DNA of 64,000 nucleotides from an uncultured Bacteroidales bacterium (GTDB lineage: Bacteria > Bacteroidota > Bacteroidia > Bacteroidales > UBA10428): contig CAZDCD010000009.1 of NCBI GenBank assembly GCA_964503885.1, forward strand, positions 54,526-118,525, given 5' to 3'. Below the pieces are notes generated by a model, which was given only the letters and a program-made list of their open reading frames with translations, ran no database searches and had not been told where the DNA came from. The position numbers were made by a program, and so were the translations under genes. Positions 1 through 10,898 of the stretch are shown piece by piece. Within the stretch, counting starts at the first letter, position 1. Each line of letters begins with the position of its first letter.

Positions 1-466
1 TCAGATCGGCTCTAAATTCAACCGAAAGTGCAATAACCAGTCCGGTTAAACCTCCGATGCCGACCATGTGCGTGCTTATTTTCCAGAACAGTGTAATGGC
101 CGTTACCATCAACACGGCTATTGTACATGAAAAAAGAAAAGTAGCAATAAAATAATTCACAGGGAAGCTTCTGATAAGATGCTGGGTAAAGGCAAAAAAC
201 AGGAATGTTGTAATATATGGAATAATCCGGTCTCTTCTATCGCTCATCTGAATATTTTTAATGATCCTGAAATGTAAGAACAATGGAATAAGGCTGGCCG
301 GTAATCCGGCCATTGTGGCAGCAACAAACAGAATAACCAGGATCATTAGCCTTTTGTCAGCAACCGCCAGAAAAGTACCCGAATTGAATATGATAAGAAT
401 TCCATATAATGGCATCAGCAGGGGGTGAAAAATTACTGACAGGAATACGGATACAAATTTGGGCAT
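1..466 (-). CDS. Polytopic membrane protein, 3-prime end cut by window edge
   Basis: Not in the ORF track. My translation from the ATG at 466 (minus strand) reads MPKFVSVFLSVIFHPLLMPLYGILIIFNSGTFLAVADKRLMILVILFVAATMAGLPASLIPLFLHF...WKISTHMVGIGGLTGLVIAL and stays open to base 1. It has several hydrophobic helices and starts 16 nt after the rpoN stop on the same strand. Family not recognised with certainty (possibly PAP2-like). Confidence 0.55.
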   Translation of the reverse strand, partial: MPKFVSVFLSVIFHPLLMPLYGILIIFNSGTFLAVADKRLMILVILFVAATMAGLPASLIPLFLHFRIIKNIQMSDRRDRIIPYITTFLFFAFTQHLIRSFPVNYFIATFLFSCTIAVLMVTAITLFWKISTHMVGIGGLTGLVIALSVEFRADL

Positions 467-482
467 GGCGAAAGACAAATGG

Positions 483-1940
483 TTAAAGTTCCTTACGCAT
501 CCGGGCAACTGGAATATTAAGCTGCTCACGGTATTTGGCTATTGTTCTTCGGGCAACCGGATATCCTTTTGCCTTTAGTATAGCGGCAAGTTTATCATCG
601 GTGACTGGGCGTCTTTTATCTTCATTTTCAATACACTCCTGCAATATGTTTTTTATTTCGCGGGTTGATACCTCTTCACCGCTTTGTGTTTGCATACCTT
701 CTGAAAAAAAGTATTTTAGCGGAAAGATCCCGAAATTGGTTTGGATATATTTGCTGTTGGCTACCCTGGATATCGTTGATATATCAAGGCCTGTGCGATC
801 TGCTATGTCTTTTAGTATCATGGGTTTCAGGCGTGCCTCGTCTCCTTCAAGAAAATACTCATACTGATAATCGAGTATGGCCTGCATGGTAACCAGTAGG
901 GTGTTCTGCCTTTGTTTGATGGCATCGATGAACCACCTTGCAGAATCTAGTTTTTGCTTTACAAACGATACAGCTTCCTTCTGGTCTCGTGAAGGCATGT
1001 GTTTACTTTGCTGATAAGTCTTCAGCATTTCGTTATAGGTCCGGTTTATGCGCAGATCGGGGATATTTCTTGAATTCAGGCTCAGTTGCAGATCACCGTC
1101 GGTATTTTCAAGTACAAAATCGGGTATAATATGGCTGAAAGATTTATTCTGTGGATCACTGAATGCACTGCCGGGTTTTGGATTTAATTTAAGGATCTCG
1201 TCCAGCGCAATTTTCATATCCTCTTCGGTAATCCCTAATCGGTTAATGATCCGGTCATAGTGTTTCTTGGTGAACTCATCGAAATGGTTTTTCAGGATTT
1301 TTGTGGCCATTGCAACTTCCGGCAGATCCTGATTTTTGTTTTCAATTTGCAGGATCAGGCATTCCTGAAGGTTTCTGGCTCCCACACCTAAAGGATCAAA
1401 ATCCTGAATGATCCGCAGAATATCGATCAGCTCAATTTCAGACGTGGTAATGTTTACAGTGAAAGCAATGTCGTCGGCAATCGCATCGAGTTTTCTTCTC
1501 AGGTACCCGTCATCGTCAATGTTGCCTATAATATACTGTGCCAGCATTTGTTGTCTTTCGTTCAGGGGTCTTAATCCAAGCTGGTTTTCAAGATAATCAT
1601 GGAATGTCGAACCAACGGAAAATGGAATCTCTTCACGCTTGTCGTTTTTTGAATAATTCATTGCATTCAACCGGTATGATGGAATTTCATCATCCTCGAT
1701 ATAATCTTCAATAGTAAATTCTTCCTGATCTTTATCCTTTTCATCCTCCCTGGTCTCCTCCTCCATCTGGGCCTGGTCAAAATCATCCTCGCCCGCTTCC
1801 TCCAGTGCAGGGTTCTCCTCAAGCTCTTTTTTTACCCTCTGCTCCAACTGCATGGTCGGAATTTCCAGAAGTTTGATTACCTGGATCTGCTGGGGAGATA
1901 ACTTCTGAAGTAATTTCTGTTGTAACCGCTGCTTGAGCAT
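483..1940 (-). CDS. rpoN: RNA polymerase sigma-54 factor
   Basis: 485 aa. Gln-rich N-terminus (MLKQRLQQKLLQKLSPQQIQ), acidic region II (EDDFDQAQMEEETREDEKDKDQEE) and a C-terminal RpoN box (ARRTIAKYREQLNIPVARMRK). Confidence 0.95.
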   Translation of the reverse strand: MLKQRLQQKLLQKLSPQQIQVIKLLEIPTMQLEQRVKKELEENPALEEAGEDDFDQAQMEEETREDEKDKDQEEFTIEDYIEDDEIPSYRLNAMNYSKNDKREEIPFSVGSTFHDYLENQLGLRPLNERQQMLAQYIIGNIDDDGYLRRKLDAIADDIAFTVNITTSEIELIDILRIIQDFDPLGVGARNLQECLILQIENKNQDLPEVAMATKILKNHFDEFTKKHYDRIINRLGITEEDMKIALDEILKLNPKPGSAFSDPQNKSFSHIIPDFVLENTDGDLQLSLNSRNIPDLRINRTYNEMLKTYQQSKHMPSRDQKEAVSFVKQKLDSARWFIDAIKQRQNTLLVTMQAILDYQYEYFLEGDEARLKPMILKDIADRTGLDISTISRVANSKYIQTNFGIFPLKYFFSEGMQTQSGEEVSTREIKNILQECIENEDKRRPVTDDKLAAILKAKGYPVARRTIAKYREQLNIPVARMRKEL

Positions 1941-1968
1941 AAATTCTTACATAAACTGCTTAAATTTA

Positions 1969-3363
1969 CTAAAAATCGGCATTTTTTGGTGTTCTCGGAA
2001 AAGGAATTACATCCCTGATGTTGCTCATACCGGTGAGAAAAAGTACAAAACGTTCAAAACCAAGACCAAATCCGCTATGAGGTGCCGTACCGAATTTTCG
2101 TGTTTCAAGATACCACCAGAGGTCTTTTTCCGGCAGGCCTAATTCCCTTATCCGGAGCAACAGTTTAGTAAAGTCTTCCTCACGTTGTGACCCGCCGATT
2201 ATTTCACCTATTTTTGGAAACAACACATCCATACCCCTGACCGTTTTGCCGTCATCATTCTGTTTCATATAAAAGGCCTTGATAATCTTTGGATAATCTA
2301 TAACGATTACCGGCTTTTTAAAATGTTTTTCTACAAGATACCGTTCGTGTTCAGTCTGGATATCGCTTCCCCAGGTAGTTGGGAATTCGAATTTCTGACC
2401 CGAGCTGTTCAGTATTTCGATAGCCTGAGTGTAGGTGATGCGTTCGAAATGATTCCCGGTAACAAAGGTCAACCTTTCAATCAGGCCTTTGTCATACATA
2501 GTGTTAAGAAATTCCAGGTCATCGTAACAATGTTCCAGCACATACCGCGTAACATATTTCAGAAATTCCTCCGCAAGGTCCATATTATCATTGATATCAT
2601 AAAAGGCCATTTCGGGCTCAACCATCCAAAATTCTGCAAGGTGACGCGGCGTATTTGAATTTTCAGCCCTGAACGTGGGACCGAATGTGTATATTCTGGA
2701 AAGTGCCAAAGCGCCCAGCTCTCCTTCAAGCTGGCCGGAAACTGTAAGGTTGGTTTCTTTTCCGAAGAAATCCTCGTCGAAGTTTACCTTTCCGTTCCCG
2801 TCGACCGGAATATTCTTCAAATCGAGCGTGGTAACCTTGAACATTTCACCGGCACCTTCACAATCTGAACCGGTAATGATGGGTGTGTGCAGGTAATAAA
2901 AACCATTGTCATTAAAATACTTGTGAATGGCAAATGCAACGGCATGACGAATTCGCAATACCGCTCCGAATGTATTAGTCCGGGGACGCAGATGGGCATT
3001 TTCACGAAGAAATTCCAGGGAATGTCCTTTTTTCTGCAACGGGTAACTCTCGGGATCCGCTGTTCCGTAAACTTCAATCTGTTCAGCCTGGATCTCAGCC
3101 GCTTGTCCTTTCCCCATCGATTTTACAAGGGTGCCGGTAACATTCAGGCATGAGCCTGTTGTAATAAGCTTCATCAATTTCTCATCGAATTTACCAACCG
3201 CGGCTACAACCTGGATATTGTGGATTACCGAACCATCGTTCAATGCAATGAAAGCGATCGTGTTATTGCCACGTTTTGTGCGAACCCATCCTTTCACATT
3301 AACAAGCCTGTTATAATCGGTTGAAGCCAGCAACTGTTTTACCGTTTCACCTTTTTCTTTCAT
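1969..3363 (-). CDS. asnS: Asparagine--tRNA ligase
   Basis: Class IIb aaRS with an N-terminal OB fold and class II motif 3 ([27 protein letters not shown]). Start moved from the track's 3408 to the ATG at 3363 ([10 protein letters not shown]), which lies about 26 nt below a TATTTTTG box. Confidence 0.93.
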   Translation of the reverse strand: MKEKGETVKQLLASTDYNRLVNVKGWVRTKRGNNTIAFIALNDGSVIHNIQVVAAVGKFDEKLMKLITTGSCLNVTGTLVKSMGKGQAAEIQAEQIEVYGTADPESYPLQKKGHSLEFLRENAHLRPRTNTFGAVLRIRHAVAFAIHKYFNDNGFYYLHTPIITGSDCEGAGEMFKVTTLDLKNIPVDGNGKVNFDEDFFGKETNLTVSGQLEGELGALALSRIYTFGPTFRAENSNTPRHLAEFWMVEPEMAFYDINDNMDLAEEFLKYVTRYVLEHCYDDLEFLNTMYDKGLIERLTFVTGNHFERITYTQAIEILNSSGQKFEFPTTWGSDIQTEHERYLVEKHFKKPVIVIDYPKIIKAFYMKQNDDGKTVRGMDVLFPKIGEIIGGSQREEDFTKLLLRIRELGLPEKDLWWYLETRKFGTAPHSGFGLGFERFVLFLTGMSNIRDVIPFPRTPKNADF

Positions 3364-3389
3364 CTTCTGAATTTTGAATATTGATCCTG

Positions 3390-3397
3390 CAAAAATA
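3390..3397 (-). promoter_or_regulatory. Bacteroidota -7 promoter box (TAnnTTTG) for asnS
   Basis: Exact TATTTTTG on the minus strand, about 26 nt upstream of the asnS ATG and downstream of the terminator hairpin at 3436-3466. Confidence 0.5.
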
Positions 3398-3435
3398 GAA
3401 CTTTGCACTTAAAAATATGTCATCACGCATTTTAA

Positions 3436-3466
3436 ATAAAAAAAAGGCTGCCAGAAAAGCAGCCCC
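3436..3466 (-). terminator. Rho-independent terminator after the TPR gene
   Basis: On the minus strand, stem GGCTGC (complement of 3459-3464), a 7-nt loop, stem GCAGCC (complement of 3446-3451), then a T-run (TTTTTTTTATTT). It sits 22 nt after the TPR gene stop. Confidence 0.7.
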
Positions 3467-3487
3467 TTAATTATATTTTGATAAAGT

Positions 3488-4474
3488 TTACTGGCAGTTC
3501 AGCTCATGCTCGATAATATATTCGCTTGATTCTTTGAAGGCGCCAACCGCTGCATTCTTATAGGCATTGCAGGCCGATTCCGTTTCACCTTTATTCTTTA
3601 AAGCATTACCAAGTTCATAATAAATTCCCGCCTTCTGAGTCGGATCATCTTTTTCGTATTCAAGGGCCTTGTTGGCAGCGTCAATTGCCTTATCCCAATT
3701 ACTCTGCGCATTGTAAATCTGTAGAAGGAGCAAATATGCATCCTTATTTTCCGGGTCAAATTCCAGCGAATAATTCAGGTATTTGATTGCGTTGTCGTAC
3801 TTTTCAGCTTTTTTCGCGTTATTCCCTTTGAGAAGAAAATAATCGCCGGCTAACTTCAATGAATTTTCGTAATATTTATTGTCGCTATTGGCCTTGGCCA
3901 CATCTGCCGCTTTTTTAGCAGCATCATAAAGTTTTTCATCATCATCGAGACTCTTATAACTAGCGGCTATCATGTAAAATGCTTTGTAATTATCAGGATA
4001 GTACTCAATCGATTGGTTGAAAAACCCGAGCGCTTCCTCGTAATTTGCATTCTGATAACTGGTTGCCCCCTTAAAATAATAAAGTTGAGAAATTGCATTG
4101 GAGGCTTTTTTGGCCATATCAGGATCGCTATATTTGTTGGCCGCATCAATAGTTTCCTTAAATTTATCGATGGCTTTGTCAATTTCCTTCTTGTTATAAA
4201 GGGCCATGGCCATCTGGTAATATACGGCCGGGATTTGCGATTGCACATTCAATACAACGTCTTCGGCATCTTCACCTACTTCGTTGGCAATTTTAATGGC
4301 TTCGTTAAACTTGGCAAGCGCCTCATCATAATTCTCAGCTTGCTTGGCTTCCAGTCCTTTGTTAAAGGCAATTATTGCATCGTTTCTTGTCTGCTGTGAG
4401 AATAATGCCGGGATAACGATAAAAGAGAAAAACACAAACGCTGAAATTCTTTTCATTCTAAAAATTATTTTCAT
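3488..4474 (-). CDS. Secreted tetratricopeptide-repeat (TPR) protein
   Basis: N-terminal signal peptide (MKRISAFVFFSFIVIPALFSQQ). Repeated A-x-x-x-Y/F-x-x-A-L helical-pair pattern throughout (YDEALAKFNEAIKI, YEEALGFFNQSIEYYPDNYKAFY, WDKAIDAANKALEYEKDD). An alternative ATG start lies at 4456. Confidence 0.8.
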   Translation of the reverse strand: MKIIFRMKRISAFVFFSFIVIPALFSQQTRNDAIIAFNKGLEAKQAENYDEALAKFNEAIKIANEVGEDAEDVVLNVQSQIPAVYYQMAMALYNKKEIDKAIDKFKETIDAANKYSDPDMAKKASNAISQLYYFKGATSYQNANYEEALGFFNQSIEYYPDNYKAFYMIAASYKSLDDDEKLYDAAKKAADVAKANSDNKYYENSLKLAGDYFLLKGNNAKKAEKYDNAIKYLNYSLEFDPENKDAYLLLLQIYNAQSNWDKAIDAANKALEYEKDDPTQKAGIYYELGNALKNKGETESACNAYKNAAVGAFKESSEYIIEHELNCQ

Positions 4475-4513
4475 AATATCCAGATTTATAATTATCTATT
4501 TTTGATGGAATTG

Positions 4514-4521
4514 CAAATATA
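4514..4521 (-). promoter_or_regulatory. -7 promoter box for the TPR gene
   Basis: Exact TATATTTG on the minus strand, about 39 nt upstream of the start at 4474. Confidence 0.5.
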
Positions 4522-4861
4522 ATCAACATGATCAAATAAACAAATTTTAATGAAGCACTACAAATCCGATGCCATACTTCCTGTAAACAATAAATGCCGG
4601 AAATAGGTTCACAGCAGTTATTAACCTGGCATAGAATTATTGAAGATGGTTAGGATATGAAAAAAGCCGTTTTGTCTGACTAATTTAAAATCCCTGCCCT
4701 TCTGCTGATATTCCTGTAAATGCTCAACGGTAAAATAAAAAAGATTTTCATCATCACCCTGCCGCAAACAATTCCAAAATGTGAAGTGCAGCAAAGTGTG
4801 TTCATGGCCATCAGTTTACTTCCTGTTCGGTTCATGGTCATGGATTTAAAACATGTTCAAC

Positions 4862-4869
4862 CAAATTTA
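4862..4869 (-). promoter_or_regulatory. Orphan -7 promoter box inside the 4522-5039 non-coding gap
   Basis: Exact TAAATTTG on the minus strand with no annotated gene downstream. It lies 20 nt upstream of the ATG of an unannotated 53-codon ORF (4680-4841, minus). See findings. Confidence 0.3.
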
Positions 4870-5039
4870 TCATAATGTGTGCCAAAATATGTATATAGTT
4901 GTTTCAATGCATTTTACACATAATCACCTCGCCTTGAGAAACCGGTAAGCCGATCGGTTTCGGAACACGGAGTGTACGAAAATGAACAAATACCCGGGTA
5001 TTAATTCCGATTTTCATGCAATGTTTCTTGAAATCAGGT

Positions 5040-5047
5040 TAAATTTG
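5040..5047 (+). promoter_or_regulatory. -7 promoter box for the gldA-like gene
   Basis: Exact TAAATTTG, 19 nt upstream of the ATG at 5067. Confidence 0.5.
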
Positions 5048-5066
5048 CAATGCTGAAACAAAACGT

Positions 5067-5972
5067 ATGTCGGTAATTATTCATCACGTGGTCAAAAGAT
5101 ACGGTACACAGGTTGCTGTTGATGACGTCTCTTTTGCGATAGAATCAGGCAAAATAGTAGGACTGATCGGCCCGAACGGAGCCGGTAAGACAACTCTTAT
5201 GAAAATTATATGTGGTTTACTAATTCCAGATTCAGGATATGTTACTATCGGTGACATTCCGGTCACTTCGGAATCTGCCGCTATCCGTAATAAGATCGGT
5301 TACCTGCCAGAGAACAACCCGTTATATCCCGACATGTATATTAGAGAATACCTGGGGTATGTATCGGATCTGTATACTTCAAAGAAAATGAATATCGAAA
5401 CAGCTATTGAACTCACCGGTCTAAAGCCCGAGATACATAAACGCATAGGACAGTTGTCAAAAGGTTATCGTCAGCGCGTAGGCCTGGCACAGGCACTGAT
5501 TCATAACCCTGAGGTGCTGATACTCGACGAGCCGACCACCGGCCTCGATCCTAATCAGATCATTGAGATCAGGGAATTGATTTCTGCCGCCGGCCAAGAA
5601 AAAACTGTGCTGTTGTCCACACATATTATGCAGGAGGTCGAAGCGATCTGCGACAGGGTAATCATTATGAATAACGGGGAAATTCTTGCAGACGATGATC
5701 CTCAAAACATTAAAAAATCTATGCCCGAAGCCTTTCAAACCGTTGTGGTTGAATTCGACCGGGAGGTTGGAGAAAACCTGCTGAAAACGATTGAAGGTGT
5801 CAATAAAGCTAAAAATGTAAACGCTACCAGCTGGATCATTCAAAGTGATGTAAAAACCGACGTTCGTCCAAAAATTTTCAACTTTGCTGTAAAATATGGA
5901 TTTACTGTTTTATCCATGCAAAAGAGGGACAAAAAGCTTGAAGATGTGTTTCACGAGTTAACTTCAGGATAA
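5067..5972 (+). CDS. gldA: ABC transporter ATP-binding protein, gliding-motility GldA-like
   Basis: Walker A (GPNGAGKTT), ABC signature in a GldA-typical context (IGQLSKGYRQRVGLAQAL), Walker B (LILDEPTTGLDP) and H-loop (STHIMQEVEAICDRVIIM). At 301 aa it matches the GldA size. No permease gene is adjacent, as is also the case for gldA in Flavobacterium. Confidence 0.7.
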   Translation: MSVIIHHVVKRYGTQVAVDDVSFAIESGKIVGLIGPNGAGKTTLMKIICGLLIPDSGYVTIGDIPVTSESAAIRNKIGYLPENNPLYPDMYIREYLGYVSDLYTSKKMNIETAIELTGLKPEIHKRIGQLSKGYRQRVGLAQALIHNPEVLILDEPTTGLDPNQIIEIRELISAAGQEKTVLLSTHIMQEVEAICDRVIIMNNGEILADDDPQNIKKSMPEAFQTVVVEFDREVGENLLKTIEGVNKAKNVNATSWIIQSDVKTDVRPKIFNFAVKYGFTVLSMQKRDKKLEDVFHELTSG

Positions 5973-6062
5973 TGAATAAGACGCTCATAAACGTAAAAAG
6001 GGTGTTTGCTTTATTCCAAATAATCTTTACTTTTACAAATTTCAAATCTTAAACAACTAGAT

Positions 6063-7310
6063 ATGGGATATTTATTTACCTCGGAATCGGTTTCAGAAGG
6101 CCACCCCGATAAGGTCGCCGATCAGATATCTGATGCATTGCTGGATGAGTTCTTACGCAGGGATCCTGATTCCAAAGTGGCTTGCGAAACGCTTGTTACA
6201 ACCGGACTGGTTGTTCTTGGCGGTGAAGTGAAAACAAATGCTTACATTGATGTACAACAGGTTGCCCGTAATGTGATTAAACGCATCGGGTATACCCAAT
6301 CGGAATATATGTTTGAAGGTGATTCCTGTGGTGTTATTTCTGCCATTCATGAACAGTCGCAGGACATCAACAGGGGCGTGGATAGAGGTAACGATGAAAA
6401 TCAGGGTGCAGGAGACCAGGGTATGATGTTTGGTTACGCATGCCGGGAAACTGATAACTATATGCCACTCTCACTTGAAATAGCGCACGAGCTGCTCAAA
6501 GAACTTGCATCAATAAGAAAAGAAGGCATGATCATGACCTATTTAAGGCCTGATTCAAAATCGCAGGTAACTATTGAGTATGATGATGAACCATCGCGCA
6601 TCCATACGATTGTAGTTTCTACCCAGCATGATGAATTTGACAGCGATGATAATATGCTGAAAAAAATCCGGGACGATGTCAGAAATATTCTGATTCCCAG
6701 GGTTGTTGATAAATTGCCTTCGAGGGTTCAAAAACTTTTTAAGCATGATTTTATCCTTCATGTCAACCCAACCGGAAAATTTGTTATCGGCGGCCCACAT
6801 GGGGATACAGGTCTCACTGGCAGAAAAATAATCGTAGACACTTACGGTGGTAAAGGTGCACATGGCGGAGGGGCTTTTTCAGGTAAAGACAGCTCAAAAG
6901 TTGACCGGTCGGCAGCATATGCGGCACGTCATATTGCCAAAAATATGGTGGCTGCGGGCCTTGCAGATGAAGTACTGGTACAGATCGCTTATGCCATCGG
7001 TGTTGCTGAGCCCGTTGGGGTATACCTGAATACCTATGGTACGGCAAAGGTAAATTTGACTGACAGTGAAATTGCCGAAAAAATTAAAGCATTGTTCGAT
7101 CTCAGACCATCGGCCATAGTGAAAAGATTCGGATTGAAAAATCCCGTTTTTTCTCCAACCGCTGCATACGGACACATGGGCAGGAAAAGTTACCGGAGCA
7201 AGGTTAAGCTTTTTGTTAACGGCAAACCCGAAGAACGGGAGGTTGAATTTTTTGCATGGGAAAAGACAGATTTTGTGGACACATTAAAAAAATCATTTTC
7301 GTTGAAATAA
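6063..7310 (+). CDS. metK: S-adenosylmethionine synthase
   Basis: [40 protein letters not shown] and [17 protein letters not shown] motifs. 415 aa. Confidence 0.96.
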   Translation: MGYLFTSESVSEGHPDKVADQISDALLDEFLRRDPDSKVACETLVTTGLVVLGGEVKTNAYIDVQQVARNVIKRIGYTQSEYMFEGDSCGVISAIHEQSQDINRGVDRGNDENQGAGDQGMMFGYACRETDNYMPLSLEIAHELLKELASIRKEGMIMTYLRPDSKSQVTIEYDDEPSRIHTIVVSTQHDEFDSDDNMLKKIRDDVRNILIPRVVDKLPSRVQKLFKHDFILHVNPTGKFVIGGPHGDTGLTGRKIIVDTYGGKGAHGGGAFSGKDSSKVDRSAAYAARHIAKNMVAAGLADEVLVQIAYAIGVAEPVGVYLNTYGTAKVNLTDSEIAEKIKALFDLRPSAIVKRFGLKNPVFSPTAAYGHMGRKSYRSKVKLFVNGKPEEREVEFFAWEKTDFVDTLKKSFSLK

Positions 7311-7366
7311 ATAATAGGTTGAATCTCTCCGGAAATTTGTTTTGACCGGTTAAAAATAATGCAGGT

Positions 7367-8662
7367 ATGAGTATTTATCAGGAACTGATAACTAAAAAAG
7401 AAAAGTTATCGGTTGTCGGTTTAGGTTATGTCGGTTTGCCTATAGCACTGGCATTCGCAAAAAAAATATCCGTGATCGGATTTGATATCAATGAGAAGAG
7501 GATCAAAATGATGCAGAAAAATTCCGATCCTAGTGAAGAGCTTGATTCCTCGGAATTTGAAAATTCCGATATACAGTTTACCTCTTTCCCGGAAGTACTG
7601 AAGCAAGCCAGGTTCCATATCATAGCAGTTCCGACACCTATCGATAAAAATAAACTACCTGACCTCGATCCGCTGATCTCGGCGACCCGAATTGTAGGAT
7701 CGATCCTGAAAAAGGGCGATTATGTGGTTTACGAATCTACGGTTTATCCCGGGGCAACAGAAGATGACTGCATACCCGTTCTTGAAGAACTGTCCGGACT
7801 CAAATTCAATACCGATTTTAAAGTCGGATATTCACCTGAGAGAATAAATCCCGGGGATAAGGAGCATACCATAAAAACCATTACCAAAGTGGTTTCGGGA
7901 TGTGACTCTGAGTCGCTCGATGAAATTGCCAGGATCTATGAACTGGTAGTTGAAGCCGGAGTGTTCAGGGCATCTTCCATTAAGGTAGCCGAAGCAGCAA
8001 AGATCATTGAAAATACACAGCGGGATGTTAACATTGCACTGATGAATGAACTATCTATGATCTTTAACAAAATGAGCATCAATACTTATGAAGTACTCGA
8101 AGCTGCGGGAACAAAATGGAACTTTCTCAGGTTCTTTCCGGGCCTTGTCGGAGGTCATTGCATTGGCGTTGATCCTTATTACCTGACATTCAAAGCCAGC
8201 GAGCTGGGACACTACGCACGGATGATAAATTCAGGAAGGGCTGTTAACGACGGTATGGGCGATTATATCGCCACCGAACTTGTGAAGAAAATGATAAAGG
8301 CAAACAAAAACGTACTCAAAAGTAATGTGCTTGTCATGGGGGCAACCTTCAAAGAAGACGTAAGCGATATCCGCAATTCAAAAGTTGCCGACGTGGTGAA
8401 CGGGTTGAAATCATACGGCATCAATGTTGATGTGACCGATCCGTTTGCCTCACCGGATGATCTTTATAAAGAATATGGATTCAGGTTGATCGACCGGATA
8501 AAAGAAAAATACGATGCCATAGTATTGGCTGTGGCCCACCATGAGTATAAAGAATTAACAGAAGACTTTTTCAGATCGCACCTTACCGAAAAGGGGATTC
8601 TGTTCGATATCAAAGGCATCTATCGTAAAGATATTTCAAAAATCACCTATTTAAGCCTCTGA
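7367..8662 (+). CDS. Nucleotide-sugar 6-dehydrogenase, UDP-GlcNAc dehydrogenase type (WbpA/TviB-like)
   Basis: N-terminal Rossmann motif (VVGLGYVGLPIALAF) and catalytic Cys context (GLVGGHCIGVDPYYL). The 431 aa size is typical of the WbpA/WbpO/TviB branch. A WbpB-like gene follows. Confidence 0.8.
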   Translation: MSIYQELITKKEKLSVVGLGYVGLPIALAFAKKISVIGFDINEKRIKMMQKNSDPSEELDSSEFENSDIQFTSFPEVLKQARFHIIAVPTPIDKNKLPDLDPLISATRIVGSILKKGDYVVYESTVYPGATEDDCIPVLEELSGLKFNTDFKVGYSPERINPGDKEHTIKTITKVVSGCDSESLDEIARIYELVVEAGVFRASSIKVAEAAKIIENTQRDVNIALMNELSMIFNKMSINTYEVLEAAGTKWNFLRFFPGLVGGHCIGVDPYYLTFKASELGHYARMINSGRAVNDGMGDYIATELVKKMIKANKNVLKSNVLVMGATFKEDVSDIRNSKVADVVNGLKSYGINVDVTDPFASPDDLYKEYGFRLIDRIKEKYDAIVLAVAHHEYKELTEDFFRSHLTEKGILFDIKGIYRKDISKITYLSL

Positions 8663-8777
8663 TGAGCAATTATGAATATCTTTATTGCCGGATAATCATC
8701 TTTTTTAATCGAATTCCATTAATTTTAATTCCTGTTTTTAATAAACTGGTCTTTCATTTCAATCACCATTTACTGCA

Positions 8778-9737
8778 ATGAAAAGAAAATCCGAAAATAA
8801 TAATTTTGCATTAATAGGAGTAGGAGGATACATTGCAGTAAGGCATTTAAAAGCTATAAAAGAAACCGGAAATAACCTTGTAGCTTCTCTGGATCCTTGT
8901 GATAGTGTAGGAATCATTGACTATTACTATCCTGACAGCGATTTTTTTGTTGAATTTGAGCGTTTTGACAGGCATATCGATAAGTTAAGGAGAATTGGCA
9001 CACAGGTTGACTTTGTGAGCATCTGTTCCCCGAATTACCTGCACGATTCGCACATACGTTTTGCATTGCGGTCCGGAGCCAATGCAATTTGTGAGAAACC
9101 CATTGTCCTGAATCCCTGGAATATAGATGCTCTCTCGGAAATTGAGCAGGAATCCCGGAACAGTATTTTTACTATATTGCAGCTCAGGCTTCATCCTTCA
9201 ATTATCGCACTTCATAAATCCATTCAACAGTCGCCTGGCAAGAAAAAACACGATATCGACCTTACTTATATCACAAGTCGTGGGCACTGGTATCATATCT
9301 CATGGAAGGGCGATATTCAGAAATCGGGAGGCATTGCAACAAATATTGGGGTGCATTTTTTCGATATGCTGATATGGATTTTCGGGAAACCACAGAAAAA
9401 TGTTGTGCATATTCTGGAGCGGGATAAGGCAGCTGGTTACCTGGAACTGGAAAATGCCAGGATCCGGTGGTTCCTGAGTATCGATTACACGGATATCCCC
9501 GATGAAGTGAAAAAAAGAGGCTTGAGAACCTACCGTTCAATCCTGATAAACCATAAGGAAATTGAATTCAGTGACGGATTTACTGACTTACATACAAGAA
9601 CTTACCAGGAAATATTGAATGGCAAAGGATTCGGACTGAAAGAATCAAAGACTTCGATAGAAACCGTTTATGATATCAGAAATGCCAGGGCTATAGGCCT
9701 GAAAGGCGAGTATCACGAATTGTGTAAGAAAAAATAA
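8778..9737 (+). CDS. Gfo/Idh/MocA oxidoreductase, WbpB-like UDP-GlcNAcA 3-dehydrogenase
   Basis: [54 protein letters not shown] and [13 protein letters not shown] closely track my memory of P. aeruginosa WbpB. 319 aa. Confidence 0.8.
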   Translation: MKRKSENNNFALIGVGGYIAVRHLKAIKETGNNLVASLDPCDSVGIIDYYYPDSDFFVEFERFDRHIDKLRRIGTQVDFVSICSPNYLHDSHIRFALRSGANAICEKPIVLNPWNIDALSEIEQESRNSIFTILQLRLHPSIIALHKSIQQSPGKKKHDIDLTYITSRGHWYHISWKGDIQKSGGIATNIGVHFFDMLIWIFGKPQKNVVHILERDKAAGYLELENARIRWFLSIDYTDIPDEVKKRGLRTYRSILINHKEIEFSDGFTDLHTRTYQEILNGKGFGLKESKTSIETVYDIRNARAIGLKGEYHELCKKK

Positions 9738-9751
9738 TTGATACTATACTT

Positions 9752-10873
9752 ATGACAACAAAGAAAGTAGCTTTAATCACAGGGATAACGGGCCAGGATG
9801 GCGCATACCTGGCCGAATATCTACTGAAAAAAGGATATGTTGTTCACGGAACCAAAAGACGTAGCTCGCTGTTTAATACCGACCGGATCGACCACCTATA
9901 TCTCGATCCTCATGTGGAAGACCGCAATTTTATCCTGCATTATGGCGATCTGACCGATTCAACCAACCTTATCAGGATTGTCCAGGAGACACAGCCGGAT
10001 GAAATTTATAATCTTGCTGCCATGAGCCATGTTAAGGTTAGCTTTGACACTCCTGAATACACAGCCAATGCCGATGGAATTGGGACGCTCAGGATACTGG
10101 AAGCGATCAGAATACTGGGACTGATCGACAAAACAAGAATATATCAAGCCTCCACAAGTGAGTTATACGGACTTGTTCAGGAGGTACCTCAAACAGAAAA
10201 AACTCCTTTTTATCCCAGAAGTCCTTATGCTGTAGCTAAATTATACGCATACTGGATCACTGTTAACTACAGGGAAGCATATCATTTGTTTGCATGCAAC
10301 GGCATCCTTTTTAATCATGAATCGCCTATACGCGGAGAAACATTTGTCACCCGGAAAATTACCAGGGCCATTGCACGGATTGTGTTGGGCCTTCAGGATA
10401 AATTCTATCTCGGTAACCTTTCATCGAGGAGGGATTGGGGTCATGCCAAAGATTATGTGCGGGCAATGTACCTGATTCTTCAGCAGGATAAACCCGACGA
10501 TTATGTAATTGCGACGGGTATAACAACCGAGATCAGGGATTTCGTAAAAATGGCATTCGCCGAGGTGAGTATCGAGATCGAATTCAGGGGCACCGGTGCT
10601 CAGGAAAAAGGATACATCAAATCCTGCTCCGATGAAAGATACCAGTTGCCGGCAGGTAAAGAAGTGCTGAGTGTTGATCCCAAGTATTTCCGGCCAACAG
10701 AGGTCGACCTGCTGATCGGGGATTCCACAAAGGCAAGAACAACCTTAAACTGGAAACCGGAATACGATCTGGCAGCCCTTATTAAAGATATGATCAGTTC
10801 AGACCTAAAACTGATGCAGAAAGAGCATTATCTGAAAAATGGCGGATACAGGACTTTGAATTATTTTGAATAA
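9752..10873 (+). CDS. gmd: GDP-mannose 4,6-dehydratase
   Basis: [29 protein letters not shown], an SDR catalytic triad context ([19 protein letters not shown]) and [17 protein letters not shown]. 373 aa. Confidence 0.95.
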   Translation: MTTKKVALITGITGQDGAYLAEYLLKKGYVVHGTKRRSSLFNTDRIDHLYLDPHVEDRNFILHYGDLTDSTNLIRIVQETQPDEIYNLAAMSHVKVSFDTPEYTANADGIGTLRILEAIRILGLIDKTRIYQASTSELYGLVQEVPQTEKTPFYPRSPYAVAKLYAYWITVNYREAYHLFACNGILFNHESPIRGETFVTRKITRAIARIVLGLQDKFYLGNLSSRRDWGHAKDYVRAMYLILQQDKPDDYVIATGITTEIRDFVKMAFAEVSIEIEFRGTGAQEKGYIKSCSDERYQLPAGKEVLSVDPKYFRPTEVDLLIGDSTKARTTLNWKPEYDLAALIKDMISSDLKLMQKEHYLKNGGYRTLNYFE

Positions 10874-10898
10874 TCATAAAATCTCAAACGGATCAGGC

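Noticed and set aside
5973-6062. Possible SAM riboswitch upstream of metK
   Set aside because: The gap is only 90 bp, is AT-rich, and lacks the conserved SAM-I/SAM-II helices. It is too short and unstructured.
7177-7265. Insertion of about 22 aa near the MetK C-terminus ([22 protein letters not shown])
   Set aside because: It lies in frame between the conserved GHMGR and FAWEKTD segments. I believe it is a known Bacteroidota-type MetK variation, so it is of low interest.
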